Source of the DNA: Hormiphora californensis | Lineage: Eukaryota > Animalia > Ctenophora | Assembly: GCA_020137815.1 (NCBI GenBank) | Contig: CM035362.1 | Span: forward strand, 5,456,001 to 5,520,000 | Length of the DNA: 64,000 nucleotides | Direction: 5' to 3' | Notes under the pieces: generated by a model | Databases searched by the model: none | Told to the model about the DNA's origin: nothing | What the model saw: only the letters and a program-made list of their open reading frames with translations | Position numbers and translations under genes: made by a program | Shown: positions 12,236-61,500 of the stretch, in pieces | How positions within the stretch are numbered: position 1 is the stretch's first letter | Layout: the number at the start of each line of letters is the position of its first letter

Positions 12236-13224
12236 AGCCGTGGAAAACGCGCGCACTTGGGGTCTGCAGCGCATGCCAAAACACCGATTGGCATCACTTT
12301 CCAACAGCCAACAGAAAAAAAACTGATGACGAAATTTATTTCGTGAAATTTCGGGCGAAATAAATTTCGCGTTTTAAGTTTTCATTGCGCGTCGTAAAAT
12401 TTTTACGCGGCGCGGAAGAGATTGACTTTTCGCGGGTTCCATTTCCAAACAAATTGGTTAGGACTGGAAATGTGGATTCGGATTTTGGGTCTTGGGATGG
12501 CGGCTCAATCATTTTAGATTGCTTGCAAAGACCATACCATATCATTTTGATAAAAATAATCGAAATACGTCTACTAAAAAACTGCTTCAGCTTCAGAACT
12601 TTTCAAACTCAAGTCAAATTCAATACACGCACAAACTGAAACTCAAACACACGCTTGTCGCTTGGCTGCTGCCTCATGTAGTCGGTTACTGTCAGTTTCA
12701 TGTTACTGTGAGCACACTGCACTTTTCACCACCAAATTTAGAAGTTTTGGCCTCTCCTATTCCGAACACAGAGGGCTGGGACACAACGTGGCACGTGCTT
12801 TCTCAAAATGGAAAGTTATCTCAATCCTGTCTGGCGCCGCGACCCATGGCCATCTGAGTGCAATTTGAGAATCAAATGGGGTATGGCGCCGCCATACAGT
12901 CTCAATCTGTAGTTATCACTCTGATCAAAGTCAACAGTGGTATTCTTACCCTTCCCAGTTCCCTGTCCCATTGTGTCAGAACATTGGCCTGGCAGGTCCC
13001 ATTCCCAATCCATCTGAGACGAGTAATAAACGGAATTCCAAATGACTTATTGACTCAAGTCGGACCCAAATATCTTATTCAACAAATGGTACAGTTACAA
13101 AGTCAATTGTAATATTCTCATGAAAAAAAGAACGCCTGCTCTGACAGGTAGAACATAGACAGCTAAGGGGATACAAAATGATGCGCTAAACAAAAAAACG
13201 CACTTGTTGTTACTCAACTTCACT

Positions 13225-13428
13225 AAAGTCGGATTTTTTGAAGTTGTCAGAGCATTGGCCGGCCTGACTCTATTCTCGGAGCATGCGAGAACTGCGATCA
13301 GTGCATTATCCTGACAGCCCAAACGTATAAAATGTGATATAATTATGGGCTTTTCACGTGCACACAACACGCGTTATGTGACAGGCGTGCACGAGTTGAG
13401 GGGGTGACAACTTCAAAAAATCCGATCA
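13225..13428. mobile_element. MITE family with TIR tcggattttttgaagttgtca; related copies at ~16568-16716 and ~18025-18180
   Basis: Inverted termini tcggattttttgaagttgtca / tgacaacttcaaaaaatccga recur, with some mismatches, at three places. Confidence 0.6.
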
Positions 13429-13815
13429 CTAGTCTAAACCGAACCCTCACAGAGCGTACATTTTAAAAGAAATTAAATGCAGTGTGAGTTACACGAATCA
13501 TGGGCTTGTCTGGCGGTCCTCGATGACGATAGTGCTCTGACAGGGCGGTCCTCGACAGCAGTGCTCGCTCCGAGCGAGCACTGCGAGTCGCTCAGATCGG
13601 GTGGTCGCCACTAGTTAGATCACTACAATTAAACCAATACATCTCCCATCTTGTTGAGTGAGGGGTTACAAAGCTCCCAGCTGTCACTCCCAAACACAAT
13701 TAATCGACACACACACACACACGACGGAAGATCGGAAATCATGTGATATGAAATATCCTTATCTTATTAAAAACAACTACATATCAAGCAATAATATTCA
13801 TATATTGATTATATA

Positions 13816-13933
13816 CAGTCGGACCCCGATTTACCGGGATGTTTGGGGGAAACGGATTTGCCCGGTAAATCGGGGGCCCAGTTTATCGGGGGGTCCAGTA
13901 AATCGGGGTACCTGGTAAATCGGGGTCCGACTG
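13816..13933. mobile_element. Tc1/mariner(pogo)-type MITE; other copies at 17442-17715 (with a nested IR element) and 62495-62601
   Basis: TA|cagtcggaccccgatttacc ... ggtaaatcggggtccgactg|TA, i.e. CAGT termini and a TA target duplication. Confidence 0.8.
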
Positions 13934-14237
13934 TATTGGTCACCTACACAGAGCAGCAGGGAAAGATATTATCTGAATACCATGCACTGTGTAATGCATA
14001 TATTATGTTATCACCAACCTACGCTGACATTTTAACTTACTACTGTAAGTAAGTTAAGTAACAGTTGTATAAAGCCCATTTTTTCAACTGTTCACCCTAA
14101 TCTCGTGCACATGTGATATTGTGATGCACAAAACAACACAGATACGCGAAACAACTCCACGCACGACAAACTGTCAGGCGAATGCTCTGACAGACGACAG
14201 AGGGAGGTGAACAGTTGAAAAAATACTTTATTGGCAG

Positions 14238-14346
14238 CAGGAACCGACCGACACAAGTAAACAACCAATCAGAACTCGTTATTTAGGTCACTTGACTGGT
14301 TATCAGCCAATCAGGGACCAGTATTTCCTGATTCGGTCGGTTCCTG
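14238..14346. mobile_element. ~108-bp hAT-type MITE; copies at 19682-19790, 20589-20697, 21528-21631, ~44853-44917 (partial), 57349-57457, ~59847-59953 and ~60403-60483 (partial)
   Basis: TIR (c/t)aggaaccgaccga / tcggtcggttcctg. 8-bp target duplications: attggcag/ataggcag, cctggtac/cctggtac, ctaaccag/caaaccag, ttactcac/ttacttac and atctatct/atttatct. Confidence 0.85.
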
Positions 14347-14679
14347 ATAGGCAGACACAATATCATATCTCGGACCGTTAATTTTCATAGAAAAAAAGGT
14401 TATAAAGACAAACATTGCCAGCTACCACACCTAGAAATATGTGATTATATTTAATCACATAATTAGCGTCTAATTAATTTACAATTAACCTCCATACTGA
14501 ATAATATATTTCCTAAAAACAGCAAATTGCTGGCCTATATAACTCATAATATCCTGACATACATATTTTACCCCAAATGTTATCATTGTGTCTTTCATTA
14601 TCCCCCTGATTACTGGCGGTACGTCATGTGTATCTCTCTCGAATTATCGATCCATATCGTGTTCATCAAGCAGGACACA

Positions 14680-15095
14680 TGGCATACTGTGTTTGACATT
14701 TGTACACACTGTGTGTGACACTTGTACACACTGTGTTTGACATTTGTACACACTGTGTGTGACACTTGTACACACTGTGTGTGACACTTGTACACACTGT
14801 GTGTGACACATGGCATACTGTGTGTGACACTTGTACACACTGTGTGTGACACTTGTACACACTGTGTGTGACACTTGTACACACTGTGTGTGACACTTGT
14901 ACACACTGTGTTTGACATTTGTACACACTGTGTGTGACACTTGTACACACTGTGTGTGACACTTGTACACACTGTGTGTGACACATGGCATACTGTGTGT
15001 GACATTTGTACACACTGTGTGTGACACTTGTACACACTGTGTGTGACATTTGTACATACTGTGTGTGACATTTGTACATACTGTGTGTGACCACA
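14680..15095. repeat. 22-bp minisatellite (cacactgtgtgtgacacttgta)n
   Basis: Direct tandem units; the source of the spurious His/Cys ORFs. Confidence 0.9.
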
Positions 15096-15287
15096 TTACA
15101 CATGTATCTGTGTAGTTTCAGATGGCAAAAATCCAATTTCATACTCATTGTGTGTATCGACTAAAAACAGTGTCCAATGATAGATTTCCCAGAGATGATT
15201 ATCTTCTGATATTCTGTTGATTATCACATGCCATTATGATGACGTCATTGGCTTGATGACGTCATTGGCTTGATGACGTCACAATAA

Positions 15288-51636
<36,349 letters not shown>

Positions 51637-52499
51637 AATAGGTGCATCACAAGAGTTCAGTGACTCGAGTGTAACCGAGTTACACCATCTCTCTTTATCG
51701 CTCTGCTACCGCTAGTAAAATAGATATATAGTTAGTGAATAGTTATGATCGAAAGTGATTGATATTGAGTTCTGAAAAAGGAATTTGCTGCGAAAAAAGA
51801 CGTTTAGTAGGAGACACTAGTGTTGTACACGCAATAATATGGCCAGGGAGATTCCATAATCTGTGCATACCGTGTCCCGTGATGAGAGAGTTTTTAAAAT
51901 ATGGCCCCTTAGTGCTCAGTGCTCACAAGTCACATACCAAAAAATACGCTACACTAAAATGGCTGTAATCACCGTCCATCGAACTACCGTCTCGCCTCTT
52001 GATAATTCATAATTCCAGTAATCTTTATTTTTATTTTTACAGCCTTGTAACGGTGTGAGCTGCATGCTCACACTTCTCAGTGACCTGATATTATGAGGGC
52101 AGTGGTCAGTGGGGACTGGGGAGCCCGGCGCGCCCAAGGTCCAGGCGCTCCCTTCTCTGGAAAGGGGCAGTCCTTTTAACGAAATCCGTGGAATGAAAAG
52201 GGAACTATTAACTGAACATTTTAAGTGTGTCTTTAGACTCAATGGAGTTGCTTGACACACGCTCGTACAGCGCGGAACTCGACGTTCTTTTGACATTTTA
52301 TTTTTTAAGGAAGCTGCGTTAAAAAAAGCGAAGTGGACTGAATTTTTTATTTGAAATTCAGACATCCGTAGCGCGTCACAAATGCAATGCAATAACTTTT
52401 TTCGCGCGTTACATATTGTGCGTTTGACAATTCTTGATTAAGCTACGCCGCGCATCAAAGAAAGTTCGAAATGTTTAAACACGTAAAAAATTTGTTTTT

Positions 52500-52700
52500 C
52501 CAGTTGTTCGAGAAAACGGGATACGCCTACGACCAATGCATCCGTTATCTTCGACTCAGACTATCTTTCGCCATGGTGCGATCAATAACTGTTTCCATCA
52601 GGGGGCATCGGGGTAGATTGAGGGGCGAGGGCAACAGGGACGAGCAGCTATATCAAGTGGGGTAATAGACTCATTTTATGTTTAATTTATTACAGTTTTT
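52500..52700 (+). mobile_element. 3'-terminal fragment of a REL-endonuclease (CRE-like) non-LTR retrotransposon
   Basis: EKTGYAYDQCIRYLRLRLSFAMVRSITVSIRGHRG resembles the conserved C-terminal R.RLSFA..RS...CLRG motif of such elements (recognised from memory). Confidence 0.5.
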
Positions 52701-52850
52701 ATCATTGTTAAGTGTCTACACTATTTATATTCAGGCCGATGTTGGCCGCCACCCCCCCGTTGTTCGAGTTTGTTGGCCAGCGTTAAAATCTGGGTGTTTT
52801 GGGAGTGCTGACAAACGGTTTTTTAGGGTTAGGGCTAAAGTAGGGTTAGG

Positions 52851-54997
52851 ACACACTCTGTAAGAAGGCAAAACCGCGAACAACCAAGCCCAAGAAGATC
52901 TCTGAACCCTTCAAAAGAAAAGCAAGGAAAATTAAAACGAAACTACAGCTTGATCTGGATCCCTTGGAAAAGAAGCTATTACGAAACCAACTCATAGACA
53001 ATGACGAAGAAATGAAACATGAGATCCTGCAGAACCTAGACCGTGGAGAAGAGAAGGCGGTTGATACGATTAAGGATAATCCTAGATTCTTCTACACTTA
53101 CGTGAAGAAACGATCCAAAACTGCGTCATCCGTTGCCCCCCTAAGAAGAGTAGACGGCAGCCTTACAACAGAAAGTGCAGAAAAGGCACAACTGTTGCAG
53201 AACCAATATACCCGGGTGTTCAGTGACCCATCAAAGGTTGAAGTGAACGCCAGCCTCTCCTGGATTAAATCGGAACCAGAAGCTATCCTTGATGATTTTG
53301 ACTTTACCCCCGAGGATATCAAAGCTGCCCTGAAGGAAATCGACCCGTACGGCTCAGCACCCGACGGAGATATCCCTGCAAGGATACTTTATGAGTGCAG
53401 AGCACAGCTTGCCTACCCACTTTGGCTCCTTTGGAGAAGATCGATGGACAGTGAAACCATCCCCCCGTCTCTCAAAAATCAATACATTGTCCCAATATTT
53501 AAAAAAGGCGACAAGACTAACCCCGCCAACTATCGACCGGTATCACTAACGTCGAATATCATCAAGACGTTTGAGAGAGTGATGAGAAACCGTTTAGTTG
53601 ACTTCCTTGAGGAGAGCAAAGTGTTTCCCGAATCGCAGCACGGTTTCCGCAAAAGAAGAAGCTGCCTTACCCAACTCATCGAGCATGTGGACTCAATACT
53701 CAAGGAACTCAGAGAAGGAAATGAAGTCGATGTCATTTACGTCGACTATGCCAAAGCGTTCGATAAGGTTGATATAAATGTCCTCCTGGCCAAACTCGAA
53801 CGGTATGGAATCCAAGGGAAAACCCTCAACTGGATACGGTGTTTCCTAACAAACAGATACCAAACAGTTGCTGTGGATGGAAAAAAGTCTTCGTGGGAAA
53901 TAGTTCGAAGTGGTGTTCCACAGGGGACAGTACTTGGCCCTCCACTATTTATTCTTTATGTGGCAGATCTAAACTCCGCTGTCCTTAACTCAACCACGAA
54001 AACCCTGGCAGATGATACAAAACTGATTAAAGGGATCCAAACTGAAGATTCTCACACCCAACTACAAGAAGATCTTACGGAGGTAGGAAGATGGTCAAAA
54101 ACAAACAACATGAGCCTCAACGAAGATAAATTTGAAGTGCTACATTACACCCTCAACAAAACCTTCCTTCTAAAGCAACTGCCTTTCGTCGCTGAACTGG
54201 AGACGTACTACACACCTGAAGGACTAGAAATCGAACCAAAGGAATGCGTTCGAGATCTAGGGATTCAGTTGTCAAATACCCTGTCTTGGGAAAACCAAAT
54301 CGGAAAAATGACCTCTGATGCTAGGCGGATAAGTGCGTGGGTTCTACGGGCGTTTAAGACCAGAGCCAAGAGAACAATGCTAATTCTCTACAAAAGCCTT
54401 GTACGCAGTAAGCTTGAGTACTGCTGTCCACTTTGGGACTCTCCCAAAATCTCCGATATCCAACAAGTTGAGACAATCCAAAGGAAATTCACAAAGAGGA
54501 TCCAGGATATGGGCAACTTAAACTATTGGGACCGCCTGAAGAGGCTGGGGATCCTCTCGCTTCAGCGAAGGCGAGAACGCTACTCCATCATCATGGTCTG
54601 GAAAATGGCCAACGGTGAAGCACCAAACAATATCGGGATCCGCTTTTACCAAAATAATCGTCTCGGACTACGAGCGGAGGTGCCAACGTGTCCCACTACC
54701 ACACAGTCGTCGGTGGCCACGAAATTCCACAACTCCTTCGCTTCCAGAGCGACCCGACTATGGAACACTCTCCCAAGTGATGTGAACTCAGCCAAAAACC
54801 TCACTGCGTTCAAAGTACTTCTTGGGGAATGGTTGAAGAGGATGCCGGACAGACCCCCGGTACCTGGATATACCAGACAAAATAACAACTCAATTCTGGA
54901 CTGGATACTCCTTGTATCCAGGGAGGGGGAGGCTCTGTGAGGAGCTGACACCGGTACAGCATCTGTACGAAGCCATTTACAAGATTACAAGATTACA
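52851..54997 (+). mobile_element. 5'-truncated CR1-clade LINE with an open RT reading frame (52964-54940)
   Basis: NYRPVSLTS, QHGFR, YVDYAKAFDKV, GVPQGTVLGP, LADDTKL, YKSLVRSKLEYC and SLQRRRER; no endonuclease domain. (TTACAAGA)n tail; 9-bp TSD agggttagg at 52842-52850 and 54998-55006. Confidence 0.92.
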
Positions 54998-55531
54998 AGG
55001 GTTAGGGTTGGGGTTTGGGTTGGGGTTAGGCCTTGACATTCCCTACCAGATAAACTTTGAATCAGCCAAAACGGTTGAGTGGTTTGGCGGTTAGAGCCAT
55101 TTTAGTGAATCAACTTTTTTGGCAGCGCGCACCTGTAAACAGGCCTCCAAACACCCAGATCGTAACGGCGCCCGAGTTTGTTTCCTCTCACTTTTTTATT
55201 GAAAAACGCTGCGGTTGCCTCTCCTCATCCGCTGTCGAAAGTAATTTAAAAAATTCATAAAATGTACATGCCGTGCACCGGGCACAGCGTGCATTGCACG
55301 TCACCCTGACCCAGGCTTTCTTCACCCTGACCCCTGAGCGGACCGGGAGAGCATACAAATTACAATGACTTTAGTAGAGGGGACATTGTTGAAGAAGAGG
55401 GTTTATGCTTTACCATTACAGATTTATTGTGATTTTCCGTGTTAAAATTAATCAACAATTTCCAAAGGAGTATGTTGAAAAGATGTAGTTAACGAAACTC
55501 TGCTCCCCACCACCACCGACTTCTTCTTAAA

Positions 55532-58440
55532 ATGAAGTTTCACCAAAGAGGATTGTTTGCTCTCCTCGCCATCTTCCTTCTCTGGCTCTGTCTGTCTGTT
55601 TTTAAGGTAAAAACAGCTGTGCAACTGCAACAGAGTTGACAGGGATTTGGGAAAATATTAATACTTGCTTGTTTCCACTTGAAAAAGCGGGATGTTTCAT
55701 GTACAGATTGTTGTTACTACTTTTCTTTCCGCCCCAGGTTCACATAGACATAGAGATAGTTGGTAATAACGAGCAGCACAAGAAAATTCACAATTCGGGG
55801 ATTTCACCACAAGAGAACAAACGACAGGTACTTATTGTTTTCTATTTCCTCATGTTTCAGCTGGAAGGAAATGATTCAATATTTTCTATTGATAGTTTTG
55901 TATCAATATTTTATTATATTATTGTTTCCTTGGCAACAGATAATGTATGTAAATTAATTTTCCAGGAAGTACCCGTGCCACCAAGAGTGGAGAGAAAGGT
56001 AGAAGAAGAGAGGCCTGCACCCGCTTATGTCGTAAGTTGTATCACCACTGTATTCAATTATATGACAGTTATTGAATATATGACACCTGTCACTTTGTAA
56101 ACACCACACGTGAGAGAGAGCATACCCAAGCTGGTTTAAGAATTAGAGCACCGAATTTTCCATCCACTATGTTTCACACTACCCTGTTTCACCGTGCCCA
56201 CTCAATTGTAAAGGAGGGTTAGAACATTTAACAAGTTTCACACTGCTGCAGGGTCCAAAAGGTCTCGATCCAATATACGTGCCGTGGAGCGACTACAAGC
56301 AGCCGTATGACAAGAAAAAAGAGGATGATCTTCACGAGATTTATAGGTTCAACAAGTACCTTAGCGACCGCCTGCCGCTCAACAGGTAATTTAAATAGTA
56401 ACAGTAGTAAAAATTAAAATACTAGTACATAAAAGCAAATATATTGTAGTTGAGATAATTTATTTCCGAAAATTTCCGAGTTTAAGAAGTTTTTTAAAAA
56501 TCGTTGTGACCGGTCTCTCTGAAAACATTTTAGCCATTATTCACCCTTTCTGAAGAAGGGGCATATTCCTTGGAGTGTCAACCCCCGTAAATCACTTGTC
56601 GAATGAGTTTTTTCTTTGTTATTTTCCGGCCACTCAAGTGCTAACCAGCCACTTTTACTTTTCTAATCTCGGTTTCGGTGGAGATAACTCTTTTGTGTTT
56701 TCTCCCTTTCTCTCATCCCCCTCTCTATCTCATTCTGTAATTGTGTAAGCAAATCGATGTTACAATGCAATATGTGGATAACAATGTTACAGCCTAACAA
56801 GAGTTGCATTGATATATAGTGATACAAAGGAGAAAATAAGCGAACTTAGGTCCAAACTGTTTTATACATTAGTATCATTTTTTGTCTCAAATTACTTAGT
56901 TTTAACTACTTGGCATGATTCCAAACTGCCGGTTAGAAAAGAACACACAAACACTGCATGATAAGTTTCCTCCATAAAACATGATGAGCCCCCTCCCCCT
57001 CCCCCCTGACCGACACTGCAGCTGTGTACAGTATGTGATTGTGTGCACATACTGTACATGTGCAGACATGAGACTCATTACTCTGCTCCCAGAAACCTGC
57101 TGAAACCAAACCTTGTTTCTCGAGTACAGAGAGAGAGAAAAGAGAGAGAGAGAGAGAGAAAAGAGAGAGAGATGGAGAGACCAGTGACACGTCCATCTAT
57201 GACATAATTATAAAACTTTTTGTCATTCTTGAATCTACTAAAATACCTCTCCCTCGCAGCTTTGCCGATCTATATTTTACTTTGGCCCTCCCCACCAAAT
57301 TCCTCAACCACTCCATTTTCAGTAATCCTTCATTATAGTTATCTATCTTAGGAACCGACCGAAACAAGTAAACAACCAATCAGAACTCGTTATTTAGGTC
57401 ACGTGACTGGTTATCAGCCAATCAGGGACCAGTATTTCTTGATTCGGTCGGTTCCTGATTTATCTATCTCCCGCCATATCTGGTGGCACTCTTTTTCATA
57501 GATATTTCTCTAACCCTCTCTCCCAATTTAAGATATATTTCTCTAACCCTCCCTCCCAATTTCAGAGATATTTCTCTAACCCTCCCTCCCAATTTAAGAG
57601 ATATTTCTCTAACCCTCCCTCACAATTTCAGAGATATTTCTCTAACCCTCCCTCCCAATTTAAGAGATATTTCTCTAACCCTCCCTCCCAATTTCAGAGA
57701 TATTTCCGACGAGCGACCACCCCAGTGCTCTACCCAGGTGTATCAGCCTAACATGGGAAAGGTATCTGTGGTCCTTATCTACTACAACGAGGCTGTATCT
57801 GTAGTGTTTAGAACCATCTGGAGTGTTATTAATAGGTGAGTGATGTACAGGGTGTCCTTCTGATACTGTATTACTGTATAACAGGGTGTCCCACGTGTCT
57901 TTGTGTCACTCCGATACTCCGATACTGTCTTAATTGTGTCGCTCCGATACTTTTTGTAATAGTTATATATTCATGACCGTCCCCAAAAATTATTCTTATA
58001 TAATAGGTCTCATTCATGGAAATTTTGCATGATGGATAAAAAATAGTTAGTCTTTTAGAAGATCATCTTATTTGCCTGGCTAGACTGTGTTTCGGGCGCC
58101 GCGCCCCCGAATCACAAATGTAAAGGGGGGGGGGGGTTAGAACATAACAACATCTCATGGTGTAAAGTTGTAGATCTGTTGGTTTGTTTGTTAGTTCGAT
58201 CTGATTGCAGCTTGTCCTCAGAAATGGGAAGCTTTGATTGACATTCTATATTTAGCTCATGCTGATGGGGGAGTTGTACTTCTTTTATCAGACCAAATGA
58301 TTTCTCTCTTTGAGCCGCCCCTCTCATTCAACAGTTTCTCAATCACACAGCGTAGATCATTACTATTTATCAACAACCAAGTTAAGTGTTAACTTTAATA
58401 TAAGCACACACCTCCCCTCCCTCTCTCTTTCTCTCTCTCC

Positions 58441-58475
<35 letters not shown>

Positions 58476-58494
58476 ACTCCCTCTCTCTCTCTCA

Positions 58495-58569
<75 letters not shown>

Positions 58570-61500
58570 CTTATCATCCCTATCTCTCAGATCACCTCGG
58601 AGCTTGCTTCATGAATTCGTGCTCTATGACGATGGCTCTGTATGGGGTGAGTAACACTTTTTAAGTTACTATTTTCTCTTTTACTATCTCATCTTTTACC
58701 ACTATATTATTATCAATGGAATAATGGGGGGGGGGGCCTGCCGCAAAAATCTCAGCTACCCTCTTTTCGGCCGATGAGATTTTTGAGATTTTTGTGTTAA
58801 ATTGGCACAATTTTGGCTGCCAATACTCAGTTTTTCGACATATTTTTTAGCTTAAAACTGAATCATAATAGCAGTTTAGTAATTTAAATAGGCAGATGTC
58901 ATGTTTTAGCTTCACATTAACTTTTGTACTAAAACACAAGGAAAATTTCTATCCAGAATTTTGATTTTTGGTAAAAAACACAAGGATTGTTTCTATTCCA
59001 AATTTTCGAATGGAAATTTTTCCTTTCTATGAGATTTTTGAGAAAAATTTGTGGGTTTTCCCCGAAAAATCGCAAATTTGCCTCAAAAATCTAAAAAATC
59101 CCACGTTTTTTAGCCAAAAATCGAAAATCTCAAAAATCCCAGCTACCCTGAAAATCGCCAATGAGGCATGAGATTCTTGCGGCAGGCCCCCTCCCCCCAA
59201 TAATAGTTTCTTCTTCTTCTTGGAGGCCGTCTCTACAAGGGTTGAGATTAAGGGTTGGAACCATAGAGTTTCCTTTCCCCAGCCTGGTTGAATTAATGGG
59301 ATAATAGTTTGGTTTGGGCAGCTCATCCCATAATAGTTACTCAATATAATATGATTCATGTCTCCTCTTTCACTCGTGGGGGTCAACATCCCATTTCAGA
59401 CTTAAAAGGATATCAAAATCATGCATGAGGCATTACATACAATCATGGTAATACGGATAGAGATATTTCTGCACGCGTCGCAGCTCAAAAATAAATAGCT
59501 GCCTCCGTCATGTGTCGAGATCTAAATAGCTAAATAGCTGCCCCCAAATATATTTTGACCGTCACTCATGTATATATCGAGAATCGAGATCTAAATACAT
59601 ACTTAGCTGCCCCAAATAATATATTTCGATCGATCTCTATTTATGATTCTGGTGTTTGATATATTATCCCATTATTGGGGCAGCTATTCAGATGTACAGC
59701 TATTTAGATGTACATTGTACAGCTATCAAAAAGATATTGTATCGGATATCGGATAGGGATCATCGAATATATCAATCAATCAATAAGGGGGATCAGATAT
59801 ACAATAAGGAATTAGGGTCAAGTTGCATTATAACTTGCACACTTGAAGAACCGACCGAACCAGAAAATACTGGTCCCTGATTGGCTGACAACCAGTCACG
59901 TGACCTAAATAACGAGTTCTGATTGGTTGTTTACTTGTTTCGGTCGGTTCCTATTGCACACCATTCTTATTTACACACGTTAAATAACGGGAACTACTCA
60001 TTGTGCTATTTACACACGTGGGACCTGCTGCACCATGTGTACCCTTTTGTATGGACTATTATTATACCACTCCGACGATGAGAGAGGGTCCATCTGGTAC
60101 TATACCAGATGGTCGTGGTCTCGCTCATTGCTCAACCCTCTATCATCGTCGGAGTGCAAATATTGTAAAGGTCCTTTACTAAAGGATCAGTCCCACCTGG
60201 GGTAGGTAGAGTGCGGACAAATATTGTAAAGGAGGGTTTCCGTAGGAGAAAGTAAAGCACAGCTGCATTGCACAAACTACTTAGTAATACTGTGAAGTGA
60301 GCTTCTGAATACCGTATAATCCAGTTCCCAACTACATCTCCAACTACCAAGATTAAGCTGGAACAGATAAAGTTGTTGGTCTGCAACCAGCAATCAATAA
60401 TGGTCCCTGATTGGCTGATAACCAGTCACGTGACCTAAATAACGAGTTCTGATTGGTTGTTTACTTGTGTCGGTCGGTTCCTGGCTAACGGTTCTTTTCA
60501 TCTGTCCATATCGATTTCTCTTTTCCCAAATGCCTCTCCTTCTCCTACATTTGTGTCAATGGAATGGGCGTGTCTGAAATGTTTAAGGACCGTTTAGTTA
60601 GATGCCATTGAGTCAACACAGGATAGATAGAGTCAAGAGAAGGGGAGAAAGATAGAAAGATAGAGTCAGGTGAAGGGGAGAAAGATAGAAGGATAGAGTC
60701 AGTGTAAGGAGGAGAAAGATAGAAAGATAGAGTCAGGAGAAGGGGAGAAAGATAGAAAGATAGAGTCAGTGGAAGGGGGAGAAAGACAGAAAGATAGAGT
60801 CAGTGGAAGGAGGAGAAAGATAGAAAGATAGAGTCAGCGGAAGGAGGAGAAAGATAGAAAGACAGAGTCAGTGGAAGGGGGAGAAAGATAGAAAGACAGA
60901 GTCAGTGGAAGGGGGAGAAAGATAGAAAGACAGAGTCAGTGGAAGGAGGAGAAAGATAGAAAGATAGAGTCAGTGGAAGGAGGAGAAAGATAGAAAGATA
61001 GAGTCATGAGAAGGAGGAGAAAGATAGAAAGACAGAGTCAGTGAAAGGAGGAGAAAGACAGAAAGATAGAGTCAGTGGAAGGAGGAGAAAGATAGAAAGA
61101 TAGAGTCAGCGGAAGGAGGAGAAAGATAGAAAGACAGAGTCAGTGGAAGGGGGAGAAAGATAGAAAGACAGAGTCAGTGGAAGGGGGAGAAAGATAGAAA
61201 GACAGAGTCAGTGGAAGGAGGAGAAAGATAGAAAGATAGAGTCAGTGGAAGGAGGAGAAAGATAGAAAGATAGAGTCATGAGAAGGAGGAGAAAGATAGA
61301 AAGATAGAGTCATGAGAAGGAGGAGAAAGATAGAAAGACAGAGTCAGTGGAAGGAGGAGAAAGATAGAAAGATAGAGTCAGGAGAAGGGGGAGAAAGATA
61401 GAAAGAGAGTCAGTGGAAGGAGGAGAAAGATAGAAAGACAGAGTCAGTGGAATGAGGAGAAAGATAGAAAGATAGAGTCAGTGGAATGGGGAGAAAGATA

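Noticed and set aside
14610-15148. His/Cys-rich repetitive ORFs resembling zinc fingers or metallothionein
   Set aside because: Translations of a 22-bp minisatellite that is open in all three minus frames.
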